A stretch of DNA of 64,000 nt. It comes from Candidatus Hydrogenedentota bacterium (lineage in GTDB: Bacteria > Hydrogenedentota > Hydrogenedentia > Hydrogenedentales > SLHB01). The notes under the pieces were generated by a model. It made no database searches. It was not told the origin of the DNA and saw only the letters and a program-made list of their open reading frames with translations. A program made the position numbers and the translations under genes. Below are positions 30,636 through 40,258 of the stretch, one piece after another (positions within the stretch are counted from its first letter, which is position 1; each line of letters opens with the position of its first letter). The stretch spans positions 1,056,001 through 1,120,000 of the forward strand of contig CAXXTH010000017.1 in assembly GCA_963668025.2 (NCBI GenBank), given 5' to 3'.

Positions 30636-30713
30636 TAGGTTCGAGAAAAGGCGGTTTGTTTGCGCTTTCTATGTGGAGCGCTGGCGTTGAAGCAGCGCCT
30701 AATCTTGTTTTAT

Positions 30714-30926
30714 TCAGGCAACGGAAGCGCTAGGTGATTTGCTGATGGCCAGATAGCGCCTGATTTCCGCGAATGCTTCCGCTGCGCATTCGGGGCAATA
30801 TCCATGGCTGACATCTTCCGGGCTGCACGGAAGCTCCCTATCGAGCCATGTCCCGTTGAGGCGGATTTTTTGGCACACGCAACACTGCACCACCATTGCA
30901 CTTCCTGTTTCCGTGTATGTCTGCAT
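30714..30926 (-). CDS. Small putative zinc-binding protein, 70 aa
   Basis: CCVCQKIR...W...SHGYCPEC; GGGAG RBS. Confidence 0.7.
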   Translation of the reverse strand: MQTYTETGSAMVVQCCVCQKIRLNGTWLDRELPCSPEDVSHGYCPECAAEAFAEIRRYLAISKSPSASVA

Positions 30927-30982
30927 TTTGTAACTCCCGAGTTAGTTTTTGTTTGAAGCGGAATACGCAACCAAGAGGAGGG

Positions 30983-31000
30983 AAGCATTTCTTGTGCCTA
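30983..31000 (-). promoter_or_regulatory. Putative sigma-54 (-24/-12) promoter
   Basis: Minus strand TAGGCACAAGAAATGCTT, i.e. GG-N10-GC with GGCAC core, ~60 nt upstream of ATG 30926. Confidence 0.6.
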
Positions 31001-31217
31001 TCCTTGCGTATGGGAGTATTTTCTTTTCAAGCCATTGAAGACGTGTGAGTTGCGTAAATCGGGCGAAACGGGTTTTCCCGGATGGATTGACGTGGGGTGT
31101 CCTAGAGCGGAAGAATATGCCGCCTATTGTCAAAAAACGAGCAGTTTGAAGTCTCTGGGGAAGAAGAAGGGGCCTGCGTTTGAAAAATCCCGAGGGGTGT
31201 GCGTCCCAATTGTGCTT

Positions 31218-32531
31218 TCATGCGGCATCTTTCCTAGCTCTGTCGGCCCAGAAGTCTTCGAAGTCTCTGTTCAAGAAGGCGCATCGTAGCGTAATGATCT
31301 TGTTTGCACCGTTGACCGTCCATCTCATTCCGGACTGCTTGAGCCGTTTTCCTACAACATTTTTGCAGCCGGCCTCTATGACGCCGGAGCCGACGAACAG
31401 TTTTTGTTCCCGGAATTCGGCATAGCGCATCATGTGGGCGCGGCTGCCCAGATACAGAAAATGTTCCCAGGCCGCCTTGCCGTCATCGTCGTGGCTGGGC
31501 ATGTGTGGCCGCAGTAGCTCCAGGGCCTGCGCGGCCTCTCCCTGCCGCACGAGTTCGCTGAGGCTTTGGCGCATCCGCATCCCCAGCTCAGTGGTCTTCC
31601 CAAAGAGCAGCGCGCACAACAGCGCCAGGTGTTCCAGTGCGTGATACAGGTCGAGGATGTGAACGGCCCCGGGGAAGTAGTCGGCGGCGATGTTCGCTAT
31701 CCATTGCGCGCCGTCGGAAAGGACCACCACCTTTTGCGCGCGTTCCAGTCCACGGCGCTGGGCTTCGGCGAAGATGCGGCCTGCAAAGGCTTCGGCGTTT
31801 TCCACGGCGCCGGAAAAGGTGGTGCTGCCGGGGTCGCGCACCGGCTCCCCCTTCTCGTCCGTGCTGGTTTGTGTGAAGACGCATCCGATTTTGGCCTCAC
31901 GGGTTTTGGCGGATCCGTCTTGCGCCTTTCCCTTGCGCCCGTCCGTTTCGGACTTGACGACGGGAACCCCCGTGCCGTCCATTTCGATGTACAGGACGGG
32001 AATCTCATCGCCGGTGCTGGGCTGCGCGGGGTTTGACGGATGCCCGCGCCGCTGCTTTTCCCACGCGGCCACGTCCGCTCCCGTCTGCTCGCTGGACCGC
32101 TCGCAGTCCTTGGCGCTCACGCTGATGCCCGCCAGTTCTTTTAGATCCCCGGCGGCGTCCGCGAAGCTTTCCCGCGCGCCAAGGCGCGCCGTCATTCGCC
32201 TGACGCCGGGCGAACGCGAAGTGCCCGCGACATCCAGCAGTTCGTCCGCTGGATAGGCGGTGGCCCCGCATGGGCAGCGGTACATCGCGCGCTCCTGCGT
32301 GACGTTCCCCAGAATGGTCGTGATGCGCCTGGCCCGCATGCCCGCGCGGCGCATGGGATGGCCGCACAGCGGGCACGCATGCTCCTGGCCCTGGACAATG
32401 GCGTTTGCCTTGTCGAACAGGACGGCCAGCGTCTTTCCCGCGCCTTCCAGGGCGGCGGTGCGGATGAGTTTCTCCGTTGCTTCAAAGTCCACGCCGCGGT
32501 CCCGGCGGACTAGCGCCAGCGCCCGCGACAT
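31218..32531 (-). CDS. ISKra4/UPF0236-type DDE transposase
   Basis: CPxCG and CPCG motifs, YIEMDGTGVP, LSDGAQWI, ILDLYHALEHL, GSGVIEAGCK..RLKQSGMRW. Confidence 0.9.
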   Translation of the reverse strand: MSRALALVRRDRGVDFEATEKLIRTAALEGAGKTLAVLFDKANAIVQGQEHACPLCGHPMRRAGMRARRITTILGNVTQERAMYRCPCGATAYPADELLDVAGTSRSPGVRRMTARLGARESFADAAGDLKELAGISVSAKDCERSSEQTGADVAAWEKQRRGHPSNPAQPSTGDEIPVLYIEMDGTGVPVVKSETDGRKGKAQDGSAKTREAKIGCVFTQTSTDEKGEPVRDPGSTTFSGAVENAEAFAGRIFAEAQRRGLERAQKVVVLSDGAQWIANIAADYFPGAVHILDLYHALEHLALLCALLFGKTTELGMRMRQSLSELVRQGEAAQALELLRPHMPSHDDDGKAAWEHFLYLGSRAHMMRYAEFREQKLFVGSGVIEAGCKNVVGKRLKQSGMRWTVNGANKIITLRCAFLNRDFEDFWADRARKDAA

Positions 32532-32554
32532 TTCCGCGGACCTTTCCAGTTCGA

Positions 32555-32917
32555 CTAGAGCCCTTTTTTTTGCCGCTCGTGGGCGGCCTCCTTGTCGCGC
32601 TCAAGCTCTCCGAGCTGTTGTGTCAGCTCGCAAAAGCGTTCGGCGAGTTCGTGAATACGCTTGCTGTTGTCCGTCTGTTCACGGGCGCGCCGCACGTCCT
32701 CGGGACTTCGCAGCCGCTGCCGCCGGGGCTTTCCCTGCTCGTACCACTGCAGGGAGTAATAAGGTCCCCGTTCCACGGCCTCCGGCATGTCCTTGCGTGT
32801 GCCCTTGACCATTTGCTCCGACACGCCGCCCGGGTGGGCGCTTCGAATGGCGCGCATCTGCCCCAAAATACATTCCCGTTGCGCTTCAATCGTCTCAATG
32901 TTCATGGCGGCCTCCAT
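32555..32917 (-). CDS. IS-associated upstream ORF, DUF6788-like
   Basis: Inside the IS inverted repeats; GPYYSLQWYEQGK motif; ends at an A8 run. Confidence 0.7.
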   Translation of the reverse strand: MEAAMNIETIEAQRECILGQMRAIRSAHPGGVSEQMVKGTRKDMPEAVERGPYYSLQWYEQGKPRRQRLRSPEDVRRAREQTDNSKRIHELAERFCELTQQLGELERDKEAAHERQKKGL

Positions 32918-33125
32918 TTGTGTCTATACAGACACAAAATTATACCGCAAAAAACATCTGGACGCAACGAAACACAATCATGGCGCACACCCAATCCCGA
33001 GGAGGGAGTTCCCATTTGTCAACGAATCCTGCTATCATACGCGTTCATAAAAAGATGCACTACGGTTCGAGCCATGCTTTTTGAATGATTTTAGTTGGCG
33101 CGGAGGACGCCCGCGAGGGTTAAAG

Positions 33126-34073
33126 ATGATCCAAGTCGAAGGTTTGACTAAATACTATGGGGCCGCCCCCGCCATTGATGGCGTTTCTTTTCGAGTCGAG
33201 GCGGGGGAAATCGTTGGATTTCTAGGTCCGAATGCGGCAGGGAAGACGACGACGATGCGTATATTGGCGGGATATATGCCCGCCACGCGGGGCAAAGCGG
33301 TCGTTGCGGGATTTGATTTGGCGCAGGCTCCGCTGGAAGTGAAGCGCCGTGTCGGGTATATGCCTGAAAACGTGCCGCTCTATCTCGAAATGGTCGTCGG
33401 CGCGTTTTTACGGTATGTGGCGGAAATCAAGAATGTGCCGCGCGCGCAGGTGCGGGGGGAAGTGGGGCGGGTGATGGAGCGGTGCGGGCTTGGCCATATG
33501 CAAAACCGCATCATCCGCAATCTCTCGAAAGGATACCGCCAGCGCGTGGGCCTCGCACAGGCGCTTATTGGAAGCCCGCCGGTGCTGATTCTTGATGAGC
33601 CAACGGTAGGGCTGGACCCGTCGCAGATCATCGAGATTCGGGAAATGATCCGTGGATTGGCTGGCGAACACACGTTGCTGCTGAGTTCCCACATTCTTCC
33701 CGAAGTGGCCATGGTCTGCAAGCGGGTCATTATCATCCATCAAGGCCATATCGTGGCGGAAGACACCATGGATAACTTGGCGGGCAAGGCCACGGGGCAG
33801 CAAATAGATATTGAAGCGGAAGGTTTGGGGGCAACGATTCGAGAAATCGCGGAAAGCGTTCCCGGTGTGCGTTTTGCTTCACCGGAAGGCGCGATGCGCT
33901 ACCGCATCACGGCGGAAGAAAACGCCGACCCCCGGGCGGCGCTGGTATCGGCGCTTGTCGAACGAGGCATATGCGTGCGCGGGCTTTCGGTGCGCCGCCG
34001 CACGCTCGAGGATGTTTTTGTGGAAGCCATATCGCACGATCATGCGGCTGGAAAAGGAGGGCCGCGGCGGTGA
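33126..34073 (+). CDS. ABC transporter ATP-binding protein, GldA-like
   Basis: GFLGPNAAGKTT, LSKGYRQRVGLAQA, ILDEPTVGLDP. Confidence 0.9.
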   Translation: MIQVEGLTKYYGAAPAIDGVSFRVEAGEIVGFLGPNAAGKTTTMRILAGYMPATRGKAVVAGFDLAQAPLEVKRRVGYMPENVPLYLEMVVGAFLRYVAEIKNVPRAQVRGEVGRVMERCGLGHMQNRIIRNLSKGYRQRVGLAQALIGSPPVLILDEPTVGLDPSQIIEIREMIRGLAGEHTLLLSSHILPEVAMVCKRVIIIHQGHIVAEDTMDNLAGKATGQQIDIEAEGLGATIREIAESVPGVRFASPEGAMRYRITAEENADPRAALVSALVERGICVRGLSVRRRTLEDVFVEAISHDHAAGKGGPRR

Positions 34074-34906
34074 GAAGCATCTGGGCCGTCTGCAAGCGGG
34101 AATTCGCGAGTTATTTCACCACGCCCATCGGATATGTGGTCATGGGCACGTATGCCATGATCACCGGGCTGGGCTTTGTGGCGAGCTTCATTTATTACGC
34201 CCGCATTTCCCAGTCGCCAGGGACATTTGACTATCCCGGCGTGCCGGACTTGGAAGAGACCATGCTGAGTCCTTTCCTGGTGTTTTGCGGCCAAGTCATC
34301 TTGTTCATGGGGCCGCTCATCACGATGCGGCTGCTGGCCGAGGAGAAAAACCGGGGCACGATGGAATTGCTGCTCACGTATCCCTTGCGCGACCGTGATG
34401 TCATTTTCGGCAAGTATCTCGCCGCGCTTGGCATGACGCTGTCGTTGCTGGTGGTGGTGGGCGCGCATCTGGGCCTGATTGCGTGGTTCACGGCGGTCGA
34501 ACCCGCCGTGCTGGTTTTTGGCTTGCTGACGGTGTTCCTCATGGGGGCCGCGTTCATGAGCATGGGCCTGTTCATTTCGGCGCTCACGAACAACCAAGTC
34601 ACGGCAGCCACCTTGTCCTTTGGCGTGTTTTTCGTGTCGTATGTGCTGGGGGCGCTTGGCAAAGACCTGAAGACCATGAATCCGGCCCCGGCGCAATGGA
34701 GTGAGAACATCCGGGACGCGGTGGGATTCTTCTACTCGATATTCCGCCGTATGGTGCTCGAATTGCCCATGGATGCGCACGCCAAGCAAATGGCCCAGGG
34801 CATCGTGGCCCCGGCCGATATCGCCTACTATGTGTTGTTCGCCGTCTTTTTCCTGTTCCTCACTTTCCGCGTACTAGAGTCTCGTAAATGGAGGGCCGTT
34901 GCTTGA
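34070..34906 (+). CDS. ABC-2 permease, GldF-like
   Basis: KREFASYFTTPIGY, ITMRLLAEEK..GTMELLLT, GKYLA; GTGA overlap with the upstream gene. Confidence 0.88.
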   Translation: MRSIWAVCKREFASYFTTPIGYVVMGTYAMITGLGFVASFIYYARISQSPGTFDYPGVPDLEETMLSPFLVFCGQVILFMGPLITMRLLAEEKNRGTMELLLTYPLRDRDVIFGKYLAALGMTLSLLVVVGAHLGLIAWFTAVEPAVLVFGLLTVFLMGAAFMSMGLFISALTNNQVTAATLSFGVFFVSYVLGALGKDLKTMNPAPAQWSENIRDAVGFFYSIFRRMVLELPMDAHAKQMAQGIVAPADIAYYVLFAVFFLFLTFRVLESRKWRAVA

Positions 34907-36573
34907 GCCCTGAATCGACTACGCCCAAGAATCGCGCCATGGTAGTGATTGGCGTTTCATCACTATTGTTTCTCGATATTGCGTTCAATGTCTTGCTGCT
35001 CAAACAGAGTTTGTTCCAAATGTGGGTGGTGCTGCCATTCGCCATTGGAGCGTTTCTGGGTGTTATATGGCTGGCGTTGCGCATCACGCGATTGGCGGGC
35101 CAAGCGGTCCATGAAACCCAAGGCACGGCCGCGCGCAGCCTGAATATGGTTGTCGCTTCGGTGGTGTTCTTTGCCATATGCGCCACCGTGTACGCTTTCG
35201 CCCATCATTTCAAGTCCTCATGGGATCTCACGCAGGAAGGCCGCCAGGAATTGGCCCCGCAAACGGTCCAGATTCTCGAGAGCTTGACCAAAGAAGTGGA
35301 AGTGCATGGCCTTTTCGTCACCGCCGCCGACAATCTGGCGTCGGTCACCCAGGACAAAACGGAGCGTTTCTTGGAGCGTTGCCAGGAGCATACGCCATTT
35401 TTAAAAGTCTCATTCCATGATCCGGAACAGGATCCGCTCATTCGCAAGCAGCTCAATCTGGCGCGGTTGTCCTTGGAAGGCACGGTAGTGATTAAATGCG
35501 GAGCGCTGCAGAAAGTGATTCCGCTTCAAGGAGTATCGCCCCGGCTCGAGGAGCGCGACTTTGTGAACGCCCTCATCAATGTGGTGCGCGGCTCCGCCCC
35601 GAAAGTCTATTTTCTTTCGGGCCATGGCGAAATCGCGCCGAGTGATCAAGATCCGGAACAAGGCGCTACTATCTTGAGCCAGCTTCTCGGCGCGGAATCG
35701 TATGCCGTCGCGCCTCTGGAACTCTCCGTCCAAGAGGCGGTGATTCCAGCGGATTGCAGTGTTTTGGTCTTGAATGGCGGCACATCCGACCTCAATCCGC
35801 GCGATCTTGCGGCGGTTCAGGGGTATATGCAAAATGGCGGGCGCTTGCTGGTGCTGACAGAGATTTTTAAGGGGGAATCCCAACTATTCAATTGGCTCAA
35901 AGCGGCGTATGGCATCAGCATCGGACAAGATTTGGTGGTGTCGCATCGGGATTCGCCCGCGGAGATAGTCTTAGTGCCTAATTACGGGAAGGCCCCCGAG
36001 GAAATCAAGCACCGCGGCTCTTTCAATGACAACCACCCCATTACGAACGGCCTTGACCGCACCATGCTGTTGACGGGCGTGCGGAGCGTCCGCTTGGATG
36101 AAAAACTTCCTGCCGGCGTCGCCGGGGATGTGTTGTTGTGGAGCATGCCGGATTGCTGGGCGGAGACGGACCTTGACAAGCTGATGCAGACCCGGCAGGC
36201 CATTCCGGAACCGGGTGAAGAGCAAGGGGCCATCCCGCTGGCCGTGGCGGTAACGGCGAAGACAGATAGGCCCATGAGCGGCTCGGAACAGAATTTAGAT
36301 GCGCGGGTGGTGGTGTTTGGCAACCGCGAGTTCGCTTCCAACGGCAAAGTGCAGCAATTCCCGGTGCATGTCAATCTCATCATGAATGCTTTTGCGTGGC
36401 TGACGGAGGAAAAAGAGCTGATCGGTTTGCGCGCCGCCCATGCGGAGGACGCGGCAATTGTGTTGACACCGCTCGAAGAGCAGGTTGCAGCATGGATTGC
36501 GAGCCTTGGCATGCTTCATTTGGTGGCTCTTGCGGGGCTGATTATGTATCTCATGAGAAGGAAATACCAGTGA
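34903..36573 (+). CDS. GldG-like ABC auxiliary protein
   Basis: WDLTQEG..LAPQT, VYFLSGHGE, YMQNGGRLLV; N- and C-terminal TM segments. Confidence 0.85.
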   Translation: MSPESTTPKNRAMVVIGVSSLLFLDIAFNVLLLKQSLFQMWVVLPFAIGAFLGVIWLALRITRLAGQAVHETQGTAARSLNMVVASVVFFAICATVYAFAHHFKSSWDLTQEGRQELAPQTVQILESLTKEVEVHGLFVTAADNLASVTQDKTERFLERCQEHTPFLKVSFHDPEQDPLIRKQLNLARLSLEGTVVIKCGALQKVIPLQGVSPRLEERDFVNALINVVRGSAPKVYFLSGHGEIAPSDQDPEQGATILSQLLGAESYAVAPLELSVQEAVIPADCSVLVLNGGTSDLNPRDLAAVQGYMQNGGRLLVLTEIFKGESQLFNWLKAAYGISIGQDLVVSHRDSPAEIVLVPNYGKAPEEIKHRGSFNDNHPITNGLDRTMLLTGVRSVRLDEKLPAGVAGDVLLWSMPDCWAETDLDKLMQTRQAIPEPGEEQGAIPLAVAVTAKTDRPMSGSEQNLDARVVVFGNREFASNGKVQQFPVHVNLIMNAFAWLTEEKELIGLRAAHAEDAAIVLTPLEEQVAAWIASLGMLHLVALAGLIMYLMRRKYQ

Positions 36574-38366
36574 AGTTCCGAAGCACCATTTTGCTCCTCA
36601 TTGTCCTGTGCGCCTTATGCGCGGGCTATTACGGCATGCTCAAATACCAGGAGCGCGGCCGGCGGCAAACGGAAGAAGCCAAGCGGCTCTTCACGTTCGC
36701 ACCCGAGGATGTCCGCATGCTAACCATCAAGCAAAAAGGAAGCCTGGCCGTGACGGGCGAGCTTGGGGAAGGCGGCGTTTGGCGCATCACGCAGCCGTAT
36801 GAATTGAAAGCGTACCAGCCGATCTGGGCGCGCGTCGCTAAAAGCCTCGCGGAACTCACGAAAGAGCGCACCATCGATTCAGCCGATTTGACGGCGTTTG
36901 ATCTGGATGAGCCCCAGCTCACGGTAACCGCCAGCCTCGCCAGCGGAGAAACGGTGGATGCTGCTTTTGGAGCCGTCGCCGCTATTCCCACTAACCATTA
37001 TGCCCGCATCGGAGACGGCCCGGTGATCCTCGCGCCGGAGAATAGTTTCTTTGAATTAAACCGAGCGCTGGATGTGTTGCGGGAGTTCAATTTGTTTGAC
37101 ACCGGCAACGGCCCGGTGGCGCGCATTGAATTCGCATGGATCCGCCCGAATAAGGAGACGGGCGCTCCTGAAGAATCCATTCCAGTTACGGTTGAATTGC
37201 AAGACAACGGCCGGTATCAGATGACCCAGCCCATGGCGTGCCCGGTCAATATGGACCGTGTTGGCCGGTTTATTGTCGAATTGGGAACAGAGGCTTGCAA
37301 GGGTTTCGTGGATGCGCCGGAGAGCCTGGCGGATTACGGCCTTGAACCGGCGAATGCGCGTGTCTCGTTATGGACGCAGAAAGATGGCTCGGCGCAGGTT
37401 GTTTATTTTGGCGGTATGGAGGGCAAAGGTGAAGAGGCGCGTATGTTCGCTAAAAAAGCGAATGAAACACCTGTATTCACCGTGCGCGCGGAGTTAAGGT
37501 CGCTGTTTCCGGAATCACCCAGTTCCTTCCGTGAGCGCAGGCTCTTTACGCGCGACGCCAAGAAGTTGAAACAGTTCCAATACCAATCGCCCAGCGCCAG
37601 TTTCTCGCTGGAGCGGGATGACACCGGGCGCTGGCGTTTCACGACGGAAACGGATGCGGAAGCGGACCAGGCCGCGGTAGCGCAATTCCTTAACGGTTTC
37701 ACCCGGCAGCAAGCGCGTGATTTTGCAACCGAAGCATCCATCGCCCCCGGTAGTGAACTGGCCACGCTCACGTTCACCACACAGGATTCGGAACAGCCTT
37801 CGGTGATCCGTATCGGAGCGAGAACGGCGGATGGACAGGCCTATTATGCCGTGCAGGATATCGGCGTTACGGTGTTTCTCGATGAGAAGAGCGCGGAAGG
37901 CTTAATCCATTTGACGCCATTTGATTTTCAAGCGCGTGATTTGCTGGCCTTCCAGGCGGATGAAGCAAAGAAGGTTGAACTTCATTTTGACGGTGTTGAC
38001 TATGTATTCGAGCGGCCCTCGACCCTGTGGCGGATATCGCTGCCCGAGGGAAAAGCGTGGACCAGCCAGGACGACATGCGGGCCCTTTTGGAGGCGCTGA
38101 ACTCGATTAAGGCCGTCGGGAAAGCGGCTGAAACGTCCGCCGATAAGGCGCTGTATGGCCTGGAAGCGCCTCTTCTCACGGCTCGGGTCACGGTGCAAGA
38201 TGGGGAATCAGAGCGCGCTTCGTCCCTCCTCCAGGTAGGAGGCGTGCTGCCTACGGACGAACATCAGCGCTACGCCATGCTGGAAGGCCGGACCGAGGTT
38301 TTCCGCGTGCGCCAATCGGCCATAGATGATATGCGCAAGGCGCTGGCGGGCGTCCGGGACCAATGA
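36570..38366 (+). CDS. DUF4340 repeat protein
   Basis: N-terminal TM segment; three repeated modules with YGLE-P-like motifs; usual partner of GldG-like genes. Confidence 0.75.
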   Translation: MKFRSTILLLIVLCALCAGYYGMLKYQERGRRQTEEAKRLFTFAPEDVRMLTIKQKGSLAVTGELGEGGVWRITQPYELKAYQPIWARVAKSLAELTKERTIDSADLTAFDLDEPQLTVTASLASGETVDAAFGAVAAIPTNHYARIGDGPVILAPENSFFELNRALDVLREFNLFDTGNGPVARIEFAWIRPNKETGAPEESIPVTVELQDNGRYQMTQPMACPVNMDRVGRFIVELGTEACKGFVDAPESLADYGLEPANARVSLWTQKDGSAQVVYFGGMEGKGEEARMFAKKANETPVFTVRAELRSLFPESPSSFRERRLFTRDAKKLKQFQYQSPSASFSLERDDTGRWRFTTETDAEADQAAVAQFLNGFTRQQARDFATEASIAPGSELATLTFTTQDSEQPSVIRIGARTADGQAYYAVQDIGVTVFLDEKSAEGLIHLTPFDFQARDLLAFQADEAKKVELHFDGVDYVFERPSTLWRISLPEGKAWTSQDDMRALLEALNSIKAVGKAAETSADKALYGLEAPLLTARVTVQDGESERASSLLQVGGVLPTDEHQRYAMLEGRTEVFRVRQSAIDDMRKALAGVRDQ

Positions 38367-38657
38367 CCAGAGGCGTTATACCTACGCGGATGTGAAGGTT
38401 TTTTTCGGACGGGATTTGCGGGATGTGGCAAGAATTCCGTTTTTAATGACACTTCAGTCCGAAAAATCTGGTCTAAACCAAGTTGCCTTTATATGGAAGG
38501 CGCTGGCTTAGAAAAACGGCGTTATTTGTTTTGGCGGGTAAAATGAACCCGAAGCAAGTAGAATTTCCATGTCTTATTTGCTAGAATGCGCTGTTATTGG
38601 CTCTACCCGCCATGGGGCGGGTAAACTACATTATTTGAGGAAAGGGAGGTATACGGA

Positions 38658-38894
38658 ATGCCGGATATTGATGTGGCAGAGGCCGTAAAAAAGATCGTCG
38701 TCGAGCAGCTTGATCGCAAACCGGAAGAAGTCACCATGGACGCCAAATTTATTGATGACCTTGGTGCGGACTCCTTAGACCTGACGGAATTGCTGATGAA
38801 GCTCGAAGAAGAGTACAACGTGGATATCGACGACGAAGCAAATGAGATTCAAACCGTCGGCGACGCAGTTCGGTACATCGAATCCAAGCTCTAG
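38658..38894 (+). CDS. acpP: Acyl carrier protein
   Basis: [11 protein letters not shown] phosphopantetheine site. Confidence 0.96.
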   Translation: MPDIDVAEAVKKIVVEQLDRKPEEVTMDAKFIDDLGADSLDLTELLMKLEEEYNVDIDDEANEIQTVGDAVRYIESKL

Positions 38895-39028
38895 GCCGCG
38901 ATTCGCGGAGTTGCTGAACCATACACATTCGCCAGGGGGCATCGCGCGCCCAGCCCGTAAAGAACAGCATGTGACGGGCTGGGTGTTGAACTGTGAGGAG
39001 AGCAACTAAAAACCATGGTGGAGCGCTC

Positions 39029-40258
39029 ATGAACCGGAGAGTTGTGGTGACGGGTTTGGGCGTCGTTTCGCCCGTAGGGAACGATGTCGATACCTTTTGG
39101 AAATCGTTATGCGCTGGCCAGACAGGCGTGCGGCGCATTACGAATTTTGATCCTACGGGCATGCCTGTCCAAATCGGCGCGGAGTGCCCGCCTTGTGTTC
39201 CTGCAGGGATGGGTCCGAAGGATTTGCGCCGCCGGGATCGGTATTGCCTGTTTGCGTTGTGCGCCGCGGATGAGGCATGGGCCAGCAGCGGGCTTGACAT
39301 CGCTAAAGAGAACCCCGAGCGTTGCGGCGTCGTGCTTGGCAGCGGTATTGGCGGATTGCAGACCATCGAGGATGAACACCTGGTCTATTTGCAAAAAGGG
39401 CCAGGAAAAGTGTCGCCCATGATGTTGCCGAAGATTTTATCCAATATGGCGGCGGGCGAAGTTGCGATTCGCCTTGGCCTGCGCGGGCCTAACAAAGCGG
39501 TGGTTACGGCATGCGCGTCGGGCTCCCAGAGTATCGCGGAAGCGGCGAATAATATTCGTTGCAACCATGCGGATGTCATGATTGCGGGTGGTTCGGAAGC
39601 CAGCGTTGTGCCTTTTGGCGTGGCGGGATTCGCGGCGATTCGCGCCCTCTCGACCCGCAATGATGAGCCGGAGAAGGCCAGCAGGCCGTTTGATCTGGAC
39701 CGGGACGGCTTTGTGATCGGTGAAGGCGCGGGCATTTTGGTGCTCGAGTCGGAAGAGCACGCCAAAGGGCGCGGGGCGAATATTTTATGTGAATTTGCCG
39801 GCTATGGTGAAACCTGTGACGCATATCATGTGACCGCGCCACGGCCGGATGGTTCTGGCGCGGCGGCGGCCATGAAGATCGCGCTCCAGGATGCAAAGAT
39901 AAACCGTGAAGAGGTGGATTATTTTAACGCCCACGGTACGAGCACGAAGCTTAATGATATGGGCGAAGCCCTCGCGTTGCGCACGGTGTTCGGTGATAAC
40001 ATGCCGCCTGTGAACTCGACGAAATCCATGATTGGGCATTTGTTGGGCGCGGCGGGCGCGGTGGAAGCGGTGGTATGCGTGATGACCATACGTTCGGGCA
40101 TCATTCATCCGTCGGTTAATTATGATACGCCGGATCCGGAATGCCCGGTGAATATTGTCGCGAATGTGTCCCGGGAAGCTACGGTTCAAGTAGCCATGTC
40201 AAATTCACTCGGATTCGGCGGACATAACGCATCCATAATAATCAGGAAGTATGATTGA
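39029..40258 (+). CDS. fabF: Beta-ketoacyl-ACP synthase II
   Basis: RRVVVTGLG, TACASG, NAHGTST, KSMIGHLLGAAG, SNSLGFGGHN. Confidence 0.96.
   Translation: MNRRVVVTGLGVVSPVGNDVDTFWKSLCAGQTGVRRITNFDPTGMPVQIGAECPPCVPAGMGPKDLRRRDRYCLFALCAADEAWASSGLDIAKENPERCGVVLGSGIGGLQTIEDEHLVYLQKGPGKVSPMMLPKILSNMAAGEVAIRLGLRGPNKAVVTACASGSQSIAEAANNIRCNHADVMIAGGSEASVVPFGVAGFAAIRALSTRNDEPEKASRPFDLDRDGFVIGEGAGILVLESEEHAKGRGANILCEFAGYGETCDAYHVTAPRPDGSGAAAAMKIALQDAKINREEVDYFNAHGTSTKLNDMGEALALRTVFGDNMPPVNSTKSMIGHLLGAAGAVEAVVCVMTIRSGIIHPSVNYDTPDPECPVNIVANVSREATVQVAMSNSLGFGGHNASIIIRKYD

Larger units (their letters stand above)
31195..32992 (-). mobile_element. ISKra4-family insertion sequence, complete, 1798 bp
   Basis: Terminal inverted repeats GGGTGTGCG..ATTGTG; 9-bp direct repeat AATCCCGAG at 31186-31194 and 32993-33001; transposase plus small upstream ORF. 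Confidence 0.92.
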
